From positions 459,082-523,081 of the forward strand of contig CAVYJB010000002.1 in NCBI GenBank assembly GCA_963768835.1: a DNA stretch of 64,000 nucleotides, read 5' to 3'. Source of the stretch: an uncultured bacterium. GTDB lineage: Bacteria; Patescibacteriota; Minisyncoccia; UBA6257; GWB1-50-10. The notes beneath the pieces were generated by a model that saw only the letters and a list, made by a program, of their open reading frames with translations, made no database searches and was not told the origin of the DNA. Shown in pieces: positions 63,502 to 64,000 of this stretch; position 1 is the stretch's first letter, and every line of letters starts with the position of its first letter. The position numbers and the translations under genes were made by a program.

Positions 63502-64000
63502 ATGGCACAGAAAGTCAAACCCAACACGTATCGTCTCGGTATCACGCAGCCCTGGTCTAGCCGGTGGTTTTACCACAAATCCCAGAGCTTCTTTCTCGAG
63601 GAAGACGAGTTCATGCGCAAGTTCATTACCAAGCGCATTCTCCAAGCGGGCATTGCTTCTATCGAGATCGAGCGTACCACCCAGATGATCCGAATCTCTA
63701 TTCACGCAGGGCGCCCCGGCCTCATCATCGGCCGCGGGGGCAAGGGGATTGAGGAGCTGAAGGACGGACTCATGAAAGGGATGGCAGCGCTCCGCACGGC
63801 GCGTGGCGTGCCTCCGAAGTTCGCTCTGTCCCTAAACATCGAGGAGCTTCGGCGCTCCGACGTATCCGCGCAGGTGACGGCGCAGCAAATCGCTTTCGAT
63901 CTGGAGAAACGGCAGCCCTATCGGCGGGTGATGAAGCGTGCCATCGAGGCCGTGATGCAGAACCGCGACGTGAAGGGCGTGAAGGTGCGCCTCTCGGGCC
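63502..64000 (+). CDS. rpsC: 30S ribosomal protein S3 (truncated by window edge)
   Basis: Hand translation MAQKVKPNTYRLGITQPWSSRWF...RPGLIIGRGG...KGVKVRLSG. Confidence 0.95.
   Translation, partial: MAQKVKPNTYRLGITQPWSSRWFYHKSQSFFLEEDEFMRKFITKRILQAGIASIEIERTTQMIRISIHAGRPGLIIGRGGKGIEELKDGLMKGMAALRTARGVPPKFALSLNIEELRRSDVSAQVTAQQIAFDLEKRQPYRRVMKRAIEAVMQNRDVKGVKVRLSG

Overview
Bacterial chromosomal DNA (code 11) that looks like Patescibacteria/CPR, probably Parcubacteria: minimised AlaRS/AspRS/L3, a lone VirD4-like ATPase, and many apparently leaderless genes. Layout: (1) 1-15 kb, an ECF sigma/anti-sigma/MacAB-type envelope-stress region with DedA, SppA, SdpI, MscL, MsrB and a pyruvoyl arginine decarboxylase; (2) 15-29 kb, a second ECF pair, dnaG-rpoD, alaS, tsaC, VirD4-like ATPase, efp and mnmA, with small orphan genes between them; (3) 29.4-48.9 kb, a ~19.5 kb surface-structure locus with a 4428-aa multidomain adhesin, two secreted paralogues of its C-terminal domain, a DUF916/PapD-like membrane protein, a strand+polyPro+dockerin protein and two membrane-anchored cohesin proteins; (4) aspS-ndk-NUDIX, a promoter- and terminator-bounded ~145-nt rod-shaped ncRNA (6S-like), tRNA-Pro(GGG), rpmB, then the str and S10 operons, with several frameshifts (probably sequencing errors) in fusA/tuf/rpsJ. 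Best candidate for an undescribed system is locus (3): its sequence pattern fits a donor-strand-polymerised fibre (giant tip adhesin, shaft subunits, chaperone) tethered to the membrane by a cohesin-dockerin pair. This is an inference from motifs read by eye; no database searches were run.
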